Assembly: GCF_963921235.1 (NCBI RefSeq) | Contig: NC_086097.1 | Span: forward strand, 49,726,001-49,790,000 | DNA: 64,000 nucleotides | From: Mobula hypostoma | Lineage: Eukaryota | Reading direction: 5' to 3' | In this document: one piece after another, positions 11,664 through 24,202 of the stretch | Numbering within the stretch: the stretch's first letter is position 1 | How the letters are laid out: the number at the start of each line of letters is the position of its first letter | The notes under the pieces: model-generated | The model's database searches: none | What the model was told of the DNA's origin: nothing | The model's input: only the letters and a program-made list of their open reading frames with translations | Position numbers and translations under genes: made by a program

Positions 11664-13050
11664 TTAACGTCGGTAGTAGGTAAGTTATTGGAGGGAGTAC
11701 TAAGAGACAGAATCTACAAGCATTTGGATAGACAGGGACTTATTAGGGAGAGTCAACATGGCTTTGTGCATGGTAGGTCATGTTTGACCAATCTATTGGA
11801 GTTTTTCGAGGAGGTTACCAGGAAAGTGGATGAAGGGAAGGCAGTGGATATTGTCTACATGGACTTCAGTAAACCTTTGACAAGGTCCCGCATGGGAGGT
11901 TAGTTAGGAAAATTCAGTCGCTAGGTATACATGGAGAGGTGGTAAATTGGATTAGACATTGGCTCAATGGAAGAAGCCAAAGAGTGGTAGTAGAGAATTG
12001 CTTCTCCGAGTAGAGGCCTGTGACTAGTGGTGTGCCACAGGGATCAGTGTTGGGTCCATTGTTATTTGTCATCTATATCAATGATCTGGATGATAATGTG
12101 GTAAATTGGATCAGCAAATTTGCTGATGATACAAAGATTGGAGGTGTAGTAGACAGTGAGGAAGGTTTTCAGAGCCTGCAGAGGGACTTGGACCAGCTGG
12201 AAAAATGGGCTGAGAAATGGCAGATGGAGTTTAATACAGACAAGTGTGAGGTATTGCACGTTGGAAGGACAAACCAACGTAGAACATACAGGGTTAATGG
12301 TAAGGCACTGAGGAGTGCAGTGGAACAGAGGGATCTGGGAATACAGATACAAAATTCCCTAAAAGTGGCGTCACAGGTAGATAGGGTCGTAAAGAGAGCT
12401 TTTGGTACATTGGCCTTTATTAATCAAAGTATTGAGTATAAGAGCTGGAATGCTATGATGATGTTGTATAAGGCATTGGTGAGGCCAAATCTGGAGTATT
12501 GTGTTCAGTTTTGGTCACCAAATTACAGGAAGGATATAAATAAGGTTGAAAGAGTGCAGAGAAGGTTTACGAGGATGTTGCCGGGACTTGGGAAACTCAG
12601 TTACAGAGAAAGGTTGAATAGGTTAGGACTTTATTCCCTGGAGCGTAGAAGAATGAGGGGAGATTTGATAGAGGTATATAAAATTATGATGGGTATAGGT
12701 ATAGATAGAGTGAATGCAAGCAAGCTTTTTCCACTGAGGCAAGGGGAGAGAAAAAAACAGAGGACATGGGTTAAGGGTGAGGGGGGAAAAGTTTGAAGGG
12801 AACATTGGGGGGGGGCTTCTTCACACAGAGAGTGGTGGGAGTATGGAATGAGCTGCCAGACGAGGTGGTAAATGCGCGTTCTTTTTTAACATTTAAGAAT
12901 AAATTGGACAGATACATGGATGGGAGGTGTATGGAGGGATATGGTCCATGTGCAGGTCAGTGGGACTAGGCAGAAAATGGTTCGGCACAGCCAAGAAGGG
13001 CCAAAAGGCCTGTTTCTGTGCTGTAGTTTCTATGGTTCTATGGTTCTATG
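11664..13050 (+). mobile_element. Young 5'-truncated CR1 LINE (RT)
   Basis: ORFs 11688-11903 and 12020-12796: QHGFVHGRSCLTNL, GVPQGSVLGPLLF, KFADDTK. Ends in an (ttctatgg)n tail. Confidence 0.93.
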
Positions 13051-13406
13051 TGCTGCTGCACCTTCGACTTAAGCCATCACATTCTTTCTGGTGAAGGTAC
13101 TCTTACACACAATAAGACAGGGAGTTTCAGGGTTTAGACCCAACAATGATGCAGAAACAGATAGAAAGGTGTACAACTTGGAGTTAAATCTATAGTGAGT
13201 TTTCACATGCACCTGCTGCCTTCGTCCTTCTTGATGAAGGAAGTTTGAGGGGTATTATGAAAATAGCCTTGGAAAGTTGCTTCAGTGCATTTTGTAAATG
13301 GTGCACGTCTTGTATATGTAAAACTATTGGGATGCCGAGAGGTAAGGCACTCACTGAAAGTGGCCACACAAGTCAATATGGTGGTAAAGGTGTATGGCAT
13401 GCTGGC

Positions 13407-13586
13407 TGTTGTGTCTGTGCACATCTATATATCAATTAAATAAAAGTACGCACACTGGAGATGGTTTATCTGACAATTCACATAGTAGGGAGAGAGAAAA
13501 CAATGTGCATATGTAGACAACAGATCAATATATAGTGCTAAGGGGTGAGGGGTCATTGCTCTAAAAAAATAGATCCATACATTACA
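13407..13586 (-). repeat. 3' LTR of the Gypsy element
   Basis: TG...CA termini; direct repeat of 19326-19513. Polypurine tract aaaggaggaggaag on the minus strand at 13587-13600. Confidence 0.92.
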
Positions 13587-15583
13587 CTTCCTCCTCCTTT
13601 AGATTAATGGTACATAAAACTGCATATGCACAAAGCATTCAAATTCCCTTTCATAAACCACATTCCAAATAAACATGCGTTCACAATAACATTCCATAAC
13701 TAATTCCACTGTTCTAAAGGTTCAGTCTTTCGGGTGGTGCTCTGTTTCTTTCAGGATAGCGTCTCTGGACCTGTGGAGTGGCATCAGGTTTGGTCGGTGT
13801 CTTGTCTAATACAACTTTCTCGGTTACGCTGTCACACTGTTGTCAGTGACACATCATTGAGAGGGAAGGCTGGTGACTGTAACATGTCCATCTTGTTCGA
13901 TGCAGTTGACTCAGGTGTGTTCTTTGGTTGAGCATCCAGTATTTGGTCCACATGATGTATCCATGACTGATCAACAACATCGACTGTGTACATCAGTGGT
14001 CTAGTTCTTGCAGCTTTCCTACTGGGTGTTCACTTGTCTTCTTGGTAATCATGCACTAGGACTTCTTGTCCAATCTCAAAACTCCTTGCTGCTTCACTTG
14101 GAAACTGGCTGAACTGTTTATTCTGCACTTTCCTCCATGGATTTGGTTTCTGGAAGTTTAGGTGAGATCTCAGATTCCTGTTCATGAACAGCATTGTGGG
14201 AGTTTGATTTGTCGTTGCATGAACAGTTCTGGTACACAAAAAGGAAGTTGTCCACCTTCTGCTGTAGAGAAAGGTCCTCCTTGTCCATTGCCTTAATGAA
14301 CTTCCTATAAGGTTTGGATAAACCTTTCAGCTAACCCATTCATCGCTGGGTGGTGAGGAGCTGACTTGAAATGGCTGATGCCATTTTTCTTCATGAACTG
14401 TCTGAATTCCTCTGACATATATTGTGGTATGTTGTCATTCACAATTTGTTCTGGTAAGCCGTTTCAGGTGAAGATAGTCCTCTGGGCAGAGACACTCTTT
14501 GCTGAGGTGGTTGACTTCATTGGTATAATCTCCAGTCATTTTGAATGAATATCCACAGCAATCAGAAACAAGGAGTCCATGAATGGCCCAGAAAAGTCAA
14601 TACGTACTCTTTGCCATGGTGATGACGGCCACTCCCACAGGTGTAACGGTGCCTGTGGGGATACATTTTGAACTTTTTAGCATCCTGAACAGTTTTTGGT
14701 CAAGTCTTCAATATGTCTATAGATTCCCGACCACCACGTGTAGCTCTGGGTGAGACTCCTCATCTTGACTGTACCTAGGTGTCCTTCGTGCAGATTTTCT
14801 AGCACTCGGGTGTGCAGTTTAGAGGGAAGCATAACACGAGATCCATACATCAGGGTTCTTTGACATGGTGACAGTTGGTCTTGTCTCACTGAGAACTCTG
14901 GAAACATAGGATTACTGTGAGCTGGCCATCATTTCATAGACTTTTGAAAAAGTTGGGTCATTCCCTGTTTCCCTTTGTATTTTAGAATTTGTCACCAGCA
15001 ACTGGTCCACCAATCTGGTGTGGAACACTTCTTCTGGGTCACAGTATGAAGATTTTTCATCAGTTGCCAATAGTGGAAGATGTAACAAGCCATCAGTGTT
15101 GCTGTGTTGTTTGGCACCCTTGAACTTTATGTCATAAGAATGAGCTCCTAGGAATAGTGCCCAACGTTGTAACCAGGTAGTGGTCATCACTGGAATTCAA
15201 AATAGACACAAAGGGCTGGTGGTCTGTCACTAGCATAAACTTTTGTCCGTAGAGGGAAACTGCTCCAATGCCATAAGGGGACATATCGCACACCTGGGCC
15301 ATAATGGGTGAGCAGTTCATCTGATGTTATTAGTCTCTGTTCCTTGAATGCTTTTTCACATCTTTCTGACCATTCCCACTTTGCTCCTGTCTATAGTAGT
15401 GTGTTCAATGGATGCAGCACTGTTGCAATGTTTGGGAGACACCGGTGGTAGTAGTTTGCAAGGCCCAAGTATGACCTTAGTTGTGATACATTTTCCGGTT
15501 TGGGCGCCTGTAGCGCTGCTTCAATCTTCCCGTGTGACTTATGTAAACCATGCTTGTCAATGACATGTCCACAATATGAGATT

Positions 15584-16238
15584 TAGAAACATAGAAACAG
15601 AAAACATGTAACACAATACAGGCCCTTCGGCCCACAAAGCTCTGCCAAACATGTCCCTATCTTAGGACTACCTAGGCTTTACCCACAGTCCTCTATTTTT
15701 CTAAGCTCCATGTAGCCATCCAGGAGTCTCTTAAAAGACCCTATCGTTTCTGCCTCCACCACCGCCGCCAGCAGCCCATTCCACACACTCACCACTCTGC
15801 GAAGAAAAAAAAACTTACCCCCGACATCTCCTCTGTACCTACTTCCAAACACCTTAAAACTGTGCCCTCTCGTGTTAGCCATTTCAGCCCTGGAGAAAAG
15901 CCTTTGACTATCCATACAATCAATACTTCTCATTATCTTGTACACCTCTATCAGGTCACCTCTCATTCTCCATCGCTCCAAGGAGAAAAGGCCAAGTTCA
16001 CTCAACCTATTCTCATAAGGCATGCTCCCCAATCCAGGCAACATCCTTGTAAATCTCCTCTGCACCGTTTCTATGGTTTCCATGTCCTTCCTGTAGTGAG
16101 GCAACCAGAATTGAGCACAATACTCCAAGTGGGGTCTGACCAGGGTCCTATGTAGCTGCAACATTACCTCTCAGCTCTTAAATTTAATCCCATGATTGAT
16201 GAAGGCCAATGTACCATATGTCTTCTTAACTACAGACC
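15584..16238 (-). mobile_element. CR1 3' fragment inserted in the Gypsy pol
   Basis: ORF 15679-16164 LVRPHLEYCAQFW...RMRGDLIEVYK; tail agaaacatagaaac. Confidence 0.9.
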
Positions 16239-17834
16239 TTAATTCTTCAAAAACTCTCATTTCTCTCTCTTTGCGCACTGACCATACTCACTCTGCCTGG
16301 TAAGCACTTTACCAAGGTTCTGGAGGTGCTCTTCATCATTTTTGCCAGTCATGATGATGTCATCAAGGTAACATTGTGTTCCTGGGAAATCTTGAGCACT
16401 TGGTCTGTGGTTCTTTGCCAAATTGCTGGAGCTGATGTGATGCCAAAGTCGAGACAATTATACTGGAACAGTCCCTTGTGAGTGTTGATTGTGCGGAACT
16501 TCCTGCTTGATTCCTCAATCTCCTTTTGCAGATAGGCTTGTGACAAGTCAATCATTGAAAACATCTTTCCGCCTGCCAAAGATACAAAATTGTCCTCTAT
16601 TTGTGGCAGGGGATACTGCATAGTACGCAGCACTGGGTTGATGCTCACCTTGAAATCTCCGCGTATGCAAACGGCTCCAGCCTTCCCTTTCTTGATCACT
16701 GGGACAATGGGCGTGGCCCAATCGCTCCACTCAACCTTGGAGAGAATTCCAGACGCCTCCAAGCTCTGCAGTTCAGCATCCACTTTAGGACATTGTGGGT
16801 AAGGCACTGGATGTATTTTATGGAATCTTGGTGTTGCTGTTTCATCCAGTTCATCTCTGGCCTTCATGCCTTTGAGTTTAACAATCCCCTTCTCAAACAC
16901 CTCATTATCATTAAGCAGCTGTGTCAGTCTCTGGTTAGTACCATTTGGGCTACTGTTTGCTGTTGATGTCACATTGAGAGCTTTGATTGTCTGCCAGTCT
17001 AGTTGGATTTTTCTCAACCATTCATATTGAAAAGTGCTGGTCCTAAGTACATAAAGCTCTAACTGTTATGTTTGGCCTGCATACATCACATTTACTTTCA
17101 GTTTGCCTTTGAGAGACACTTTTTTACCTGTGTAAGTCTTTAGTATCTCTGGGGTCTTCTCCAATGGTATCTTAGAAAACAGTCTGTTGAAGTCAGCCTC
17201 TGGAATATGAACAAAGCTGACCCTGTTTCCAGCTCCATTTGCAGTTTTACACCAACACATCTATTGTGATCCAGATGATTTAATGATCTGCTTCAGTTAT
17301 ACTGTGCAATTCCAGGCATGATAGTTCACCTTTGTCAGACTCTACGTCGTCTGATTCTGCTTTACATTTGGTAACCTGATACATTTGCTTAGTTTTGTGT
17401 TTGTGACTTTTCACTTGGTTGTGCCTTGCACAGTCCCTCCATGTAACCTTGTCTGTGACACTTTCTGCAGACTTTTTCTTTAAACCAACAGCCATTTACA
17501 TCATAGGAAGATTTACCATATTGATAAAATTTTCGCTTTTTTGCACCATTTAGGGATATTTTCTGCACTTCACATTCTAACCTCCTTTTCTGTAGTTCTG
17601 CTGCTTTCTTTGCTGCAGTCTCTAACAATATTGCAATGGTCAATGCCCATTTTAAGGTTAGGTCTGTTACAAGGAGCATTGGAGAACGGACCCAAGTGCG
17701 GGACACCGACACGTAGGTAGCATTAACAGAAGTGTGTTTATTAACAGTTGCAAAGAAGGCTGGAGAGCGAGGTTCAGATGCCTATGTGGACGTAATCGTT
17801 GGACAACAAACTGGAGGAGCGAGGTCCCGGAGCT

Positions 17835-18150
17835 TGGTCATGGAGCCTGGACTTGGACACGAAGCCTGGACTTGGACTTGGACACGGAACCTGGATTTGA
17901 ACTCGGACACAGAGCTGGGACTTGAACCTTGGACACGGAGCCTGGACTCGAACTTGGACACAGGGCCTGGTCTCGAACTTGGACACGGAACCTGGATTTG
18001 AACTCGGACACAGAGCTGGGACTTGAACCTTGGACACGGAGCCTGGACTCGAACTTGGACACAGGGCCTGGTCTCGAACTTGGACATGGGGCCTGGACTC
18101 GAACTTGGACATGGAGCCGGGACTCGAACCCTGGGTACGGAGCTGGGACT
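17835..18150. repeat. Minisatellite of 25-26-bp units with a duplicated 101-bp higher-order unit
   Basis: Units like GGACACGGAGCCTGGACTCGAACTT; 17880-17980 is repeated at 17981-18081. Confidence 0.9.
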
Positions 18151-18169
18151 CAGACTTGTAACGACAAAA

Positions 18170-18480
18170 CCAAACAACAACAGGTAAATCATATCTTGAC
18201 TTGGAATAGCAGAAACGGCCTGCAATCCTCAGCTGGACACGAGACGTAAAACGAAACAACGACAGACATTTCATATCTTGACTCAGAGTAGCACCTGAAG
18301 CGGCAAATGGCCTGCAATCACTTAACTGGACACGAAGGGACAGAGTTCCTGACTCGGAGTAGCGGCAAACGGTCAGCAATCCTCAGCTGGACACGAAAAC
18401 GACAGAATTCACATCTTGACTCGGAGCAGCAGCAAATGGCCAGCAACATTCAGCTGGACACGAAAACGGCAGAATTCCCA
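18170..18480. repeat. About four imperfect 55-90-bp tandem repeats
   Basis: Recurrent (tct)tgactcggagtagc..aaatggcc.gcaatcctcagctggacacga. Confidence 0.75.
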
Positions 18481-19311
18481 AAGCAAACCCAGGCACCGAA
18501 GCAACTGAGAGTCCACTATTCTCAGCGGCCCGGAACATGCAATGCCGCACTGGCCGAGGTAACGGTCCAGCCCCGAGTAGATGTAAGTTAGAGTTTTTAT
18601 GTTCCCGGTTCGGATAAGAATCAGGTGCCTTAATCAAGGAGCCAGGTAAAACATGGGGAAGAGGAAATTAAACGAAATGAGGAGTCAACAGACCGGACTG
18701 TGACAAGGTCTCTTTCTGCAGTAGCCTCATTTGAGTGCTTTGACTATGCATGCCACATACAAGCCTGTCTCTAATGCATCAGAAAGTCCATCTCGAAAGT
18801 CACAGTACTGGGAAAATTTGTGCAGTATTCAGAATGTACTCAGAAATGCTTTCCTCCTTTGACTGGTTCCTTTTGTAAAATCTAAATCTCTCAGCTATTA
18901 CCATCATTTTAAGGCTGAAGTGGTTTTGTAAAATGTCAACAATTTCGTCGAACATCTTGCTTCCTGGCTTTTCAGGAGTAGCTAGGTTGCATAAGAGACT
19001 GGACATCCTTGCAGCCATTAAGCCAAGCAGTGAAGGGCTGTCTCTTGCTCCTCCATGTTGTTCACATTACAATACAGTTCAACCCTCCTGAATTATGACT
19101 CATTAATGCTATCAAATTCTTCAACTTTCCCAACTGAAGCCATCATCACATTATTTTCATTTTAAATTCAGCGTGACTTTCACTGTTACTATGCACTGTT
19201 ACTCATGCGTTCGTTAGCACCTGTGACGGCTTTCTCATGCTGTTTAACTTTCGCTAGTTCGTCCCATAATTATTGGTGCGGTTGGTGCCATTCTCGGACA
19301 TTCAGGTTTGG

Positions 19312-19322
19312 CCTCGTTGCCA
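19312..19322 (-). promoter_or_regulatory. Primer-binding site, probably tRNA-Ser(GCU)
   Basis: TGGCAACGAGG lies 3 nt inside the 5' LTR. It has one CpG-type mismatch to the complement of the tRNA-Ser(GCU) 3' end (..CCUCGUCGCCA). Confidence 0.7.
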
Positions 19323-19325
19323 ATT

Positions 19326-19513
19326 TGTTGTGTCTGTGCACAACTACAGATTGATTAAATAAAAGCATGCGCACGGGAGGTGGCTTTAACTGGAGTGTTC
19401 ACATTGCAGCAAGAGACAGAGAGAACAATGTGTATGCGTAGTGAACAAATCAATATGCAGTGCTGGGGAGGGGGGTGGTAATTGCTCTAAAAGAAATAGA
19501 TCCATACATTACA
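19326..19513 (-). repeat. 5' LTR of the Gypsy element
   Basis: Direct repeat of 13407-13586, adjacent to the PBS. Confidence 0.92.
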
Positions 19514-19639
19514 TTGGCCTTTATTAGTTGAGGCATTGAGATCAAGAGTCAGGAAGTTATGTTGCAGTTTTATAAAACTCTGGTTAAGCCATGTCTGGAG
19601 TACTGCATTCCATTCTGGTCACCCCATTATAGAAATGAT

Positions 19640-22600
19640 GAATTGAATTGAATTGACTTTATTACTCACATCTTTCATATACGTGAGGAGTAAAAATCTT
19701 TACATTACATCTCCACCTAAATGTGCAATGTGCAATTTATAGTAATTTATAATAAATAGTATGTAAAACAGGACAGTCAATACAACATAGAACTACAGTT
19801 GTGTCAGCATGAATTAATCAGTCTGATGGCCTGGTGGGAAAAGCTGTCCCAGAGCCAGTTGGTCCTGGCTTTTATGTTGAGGTACTGTTTCCTGTATGGT
19901 AGCAGCTTGTCGTTGGGATGACTCGGGTTCCCAATGATCCTTCAGACCTTTTTACACACTTGTCTTTGTAAATTTCCTGAATAGTGGGAAGTTCACATCT
20001 ACAGATGCACTGGGCTGTCCACACCACTCTCTGCAGAGTCCAATGATTGAGGGAAGTACATTTCCCATACCAGGCAGTAATGCAGCCAGTCAGGATGTTC
20101 TCAATAGTGCCCCGATAGAAAGTTCTTGGGATTTGAGGGCCCATACCAAACTTCTTCAACCATCTGAGGTAAAAGAGGCACTGTTGTGCCTTTTTCACCA
20201 CACAGCAAGTACGTACAGACCATGTGAGATCCTCGGTTACATTTATGCCAAGGAACTTAAGCTGTTCACCCTCTCAACCCCAGATCCATAGATGTCAATA
20301 GACATTTCTCCATTTCTCCTGTAGTCCACAACAAGCTCCTTTGTTTTTACAACACTGAGGGAGAGGTTGTTTTCTTGACATCACTGTGATGGTGATGACT
20401 TCTTCTCTACAGGCTGCTTCATTATTATTTGAGATTAGAGTTTCTTAAATGCATCTATTTTAATGCTAGGAGCATTGTAAGAAAGATGGATGAGCTTAGA
20501 GCATGGATTGATACCTGGAAATATGATGTTGTAGCTATTAGTGAAACATGGCTGCAGGAGGGGTGTGATTGGCAACTAAATATTCCTGGATTTCGTTGCT
20601 TCAGGTGTGATAGAATCGGAGGGGCAAGAGGGGGAGGTATTGCATTGCTTGCCAGAGAAAATATTACAACGGTGCTTTGACAAGATAGATTAGAGGACTC
20701 ATCTAGGGAGGCTATTTGGGTGGAATTGAGGAATGGGAAAGGTGTAGTAATGCTTATAGGGGTGTATTATAGACCACCTAATGGGGAGCAAGAATTGGAG
20801 GAGCAAATTTGTAAGGAGATAGCAGATATTTGTAGTAAGCACAAGGTTGTGATTCTGGGAAATTTTAATTTTTCACACATAGACTGGGAAACCCATGCTG
20901 TAAAAGGGCTGGATGGATTGGACTTTGTAAAATATATGCAAGATAGTTTTTTTGCAGCAATACATAGAGGTACCAACTAGAGAAGGGGCAGTGTTGGATC
21001 TCCTGTTAGGGAATGAGATAGATCAGGTGACAGAGGTATGTGTTGGGGAGCACTTTTGGTCCAGTGATCACAATGCCATTAGTTTCAATATAATTATGGA
21101 GAAGGATAGGACTGGATCCAGGGTTGAGATTTATGATTGGAGAAAGGCTAACATTGAGCAGATGCGAAAGGATTTAGAAGGAGTGGATTGGGACAATTTA
21201 TTTTATGGGAAGGATGTAATAGAGAAATGGAGGTCATTTAAGGGTGAAATTTTGAGGGTACAGAATCTTTATGTTCCTGTTAGGTTGAAAGGAAAGGTTA
21301 AAAGTTTGAGAGAACCATGGTTTTCAAGGGATATTGGAAACTTGGTTCGGAAAAAGAGAGAGATCTACAATAAATATAGGCAGCTTGGAGTAAATGAGGT
21401 GCTCGAGGAATATAAAGAATGTAAAACGAATCTTAAGAAAGAAATTAGAAAAGCTAAAAGATATGAGGTTGCTTTGGCAAGTAAGGTGAAAATAAATCCA
21501 AAGGGTTTCTACAGTTATATTAATAGCAAAAGGATAGTGAAGGATAAAGTTGGTCCCTTAGAGAATCAGAGTGGACGGATATTTGCAGAGTCAAAAGAGA
21601 TGGGGGAGATTTTGAACAATTTCTTTTCTTCGGTATTCACTAAGGAGAAGAATATTGAATTGTGTAAGGTAAGGGAAACAAGTAGGGTAGTTATGGAAAC
21701 TATGATGATTAAAGAAGAGGAAGTACCGACGCTTTTAAGGAGTATAAAAGTGGATAAGTCTCCGGGTCTTGACAGGATATTCCCTAGGACCTTGAGGGAA
21801 GTTAGTGTGGAAATAGCAGGGGCTCTGACAGAAATATTTCAAATGATATTAGAAACGGGGATGCTGCCAGAGGATTGGCGTATTGCTCATGTTGTTCCAT
21901 TGTCTAAAAAGGGTTCTAAGAGTAAATCTAGCAATTATCAGCCTCTGAGTTTGACGTCAATGCTGGGTAAATCGATGGAAAATATTCTTAAAGGTGGTAT
22001 ATATAGTTATCTGGATAGACAGGGTCTGATTAGGAACAGTCGACATGACAAATGTTATTGAATTTTTTGAAGAGGTTACTAGGAAAGTTGATGAGGGTAA
22101 AGCGGTGGAAGTTGTCTATATGGACTTCAGTAAGGCCTTTGACAAGGTTCCACACGGAAGGTTAGTTAGGAAGGTTCAATCGTTAGGTATTAATATTGAA
22201 GTAGTAAAATGGATTCAGCAGTGGCTGGATGGGAGACACCAGAGAGTAGTGGTGGATAACTGTTTGTCAGATTGGAGGCCGGTGACTAGTGGTGTGCCTC
22301 AGGGGTCTGTACTGGGTCCAATGTTGTTTGTTATATATATTAACAATCTGGATGATGGGGTGGTAAATTGGATTAGTAAGTATGCAGATGATACTAAGAT
22401 AGGTGGAGTTGTGGATAATGAAGTAGGTTTTCAAAGCTTGCAGAGAGATTTAGGCCAGTTAGAAGAGTGGGCTGAAAGATGGCAGATGGAATTTAATGCT
22501 GATAAATGTGAGGTGCTACATTTTGGTAGGACTAATCAAAATAGGACATACATGGTAAATGGTAGGGTATTAAAGAATGCAGTAGAACAGGGGGATCTAG

Positions 22601-24200
22601 GAATAATGGTGCATAGTTCCCTGAAGGTGGAATCTCATGTGGATAGGCTGGTGAAGAAAGCTTTTGGCATGCTGGCGTTTATAAGTCAGAGCATTGGGTA
22701 TAGGAGTTGGGATGTAATGTTGAAATTGTACAAGGTATTGGTAAGACCAAATTTGGAGTATTGTGTACAGTTCTGGTCACCGAATTATAGGAAAGATGTC
22801 AACAAAATTGAGAGAGTACAGAGAAGAATTACTAGAATGTTACCTGGGTTTCATCTCCTAAGTTCCAGAGAAAGGTTGAACAAATTGGGTCTTTATTCTT
22901 TGGAGCAAAGAAAGTTGAGGGGGGACTTGATAGAGGTATTTAAAATTATGAGGGGGATAGATAGAGTTGATGTGGATAGGCTTTTTCCATTGAGAGTGGG
23001 GGAGATTCAAACAAGAGGACATGAGTTGAGAGTAAAAGAGCAAAAGTTTAGGGGTAACATGAGGGGGAACTTCTTTACTCAGAGAGTGATAGCTGTGTGG
23101 AATGAACTTCCAGCAGAAGTGGCTGAGGCAGGTTCGATGTTGTCATTTAAAGTTAAATTGGATAGCTATATGGACAGGAAAGGAATGGAGGATTATGGTC
23201 TGAGTGCAGGTCGGTGGGACTAGGTGAAAGTAAGAGTTCGGCACGGACTAGAAAGGCTGAGATGGCCTGTTTCCATGCTGTAATTGTTATATGGTTATAT
23301 GGTTATAGGCTAATCAATGTAGTATCATCTGCAAATTTAAGTAGCATATTGGAGTTGTGGGTGGCAACACAATCATGGGAATACAGAGAGTAAAGGAGGG
23401 GGCTAAGTACACAGCCCTGAGGGACTCCTATGTTGAGGGTCAGAGGGGCAAAGGTGAGGGATCCCACTCTTACCACCTGCCAGCGATCTAACGAGAAGTC
23501 CAGGATCCAGCTATACAAGGCAGGGTGAAGTCTGAGGTTTCTGAGCTTCTTGTCAAGTGTTGAGAGAATTATGGTGTTGAATGCTGAACTGTAGTCCAAG
23601 ATCAGCATTCTCACATAAGCATCCTTCTTTCCAGATGTGTAACGACGGTGAGTAGAGCTGTGGCTATTGCATCATTTGTTGATCGTATGTGTCGGTAGGT
23701 GAATTGTAGGGGATAGTGTGTGGTAGCAAGCTGCAGATGTAATCCTTGACCAGCCTCTCAAAGCATTTGCTTATTATTGAGGTGAGTGCAACAATACACC
23801 AGCCATTCAGACATGTTACCTTGGTCTTTTTAAGTACCAGAACAATGGTGGATGTTTTGAAGCAGGAGGGCACTCTACACTGGGAGAGGAAGAGATTGAA
23901 AATGTCTGAAAGCAAACCTGCTAGTTGTACCTGCCCTGGGGTGCCGTCCGGTCCTATAGCCTTGTGACTGTCCACTCGTTGGAAACACCAGCATACTTCA
24001 GCCTCAGAGATGACCAAGCTGCCGGTCACTTCAGTGGTTCTCTTCAGGGGCGCAGTATTGGCAACATCCAAATGAGCATAAAAAAGATTTAGCTCATCAG
24101 GGAGAGAGGTAGCAATGTTGGAAACATCACTGCATTTAGCTTTGAAGTCTGCAATGGTGTGTAGACCTTGCCTTAAGCTGCAAATGTTGTTGGTGGAAAG
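19640..24200 (-). mobile_element. Rex1/Babar-type LINE (19640-20433 and 23305-24200), split by a CR1
   Basis: Tail aattgaattgaattg. [51 protein letters not shown]. Junction gagatta|ggctaatc. Confidence 0.88.
20434..23304 (+). mobile_element. Young CR1 LINE with nearly complete ORF2 (APE endonuclease and RT)
   Basis: ORFs 20429-20680, 20720-20980, 20952-22061 and 22045-23223: YFNARS, ISETW, YRPP, SDH, GVPQGSVLGP, YADD. Tail (ggttatat)n. Confidence 0.95.
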
Positions 24201-24202
24201 TT

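Larger units (their letters stand above)
17665..18705 (-). mobile_element. Solo LTR of an unrelated LTR element inserted in the Gypsy gag
   Basis: Termini TGTTACA...TGTGACA. Exact 5-bp TSD aggtc at 17660-17664 and 18706-18710. AATAAA on the minus strand near 17736-17741. Confidence 0.85.
13407..19513 (-). mobile_element. Ty3/Gypsy LTR retrotransposon (Mag-like), decayed, with two nested insertions
   Basis: LTRs 13407-13586 and 19326-19513, TSD ctggc/ttggc, PBS, PPT. gag MASVGKVEEFD..IAERFRFYKRNQ; protease MELETGS; RT WATPIVPV..GDFK..DLSQAY..YLDDI; integrase LHEGHLG..C..C; pol ends RRYPERNRAPPERLNL* at 13714. Confidence 0.93.

Noticed and set aside
17835..18480. CRISPR-like array or repeat protein ORFs (17732-18379)
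   Set aside because: Units are contiguous with no unique spacers, there are no cas genes, and the context is a eukaryotic solo LTR. The ORFs are open only because of the repeats.
20952..23223. Bacterial RT system (retron, group II intron, DGR)
   Set aside because: APE endonuclease plus CR1-type RT, microsatellite tails and multiple decayed copies identify ordinary vertebrate LINEs.
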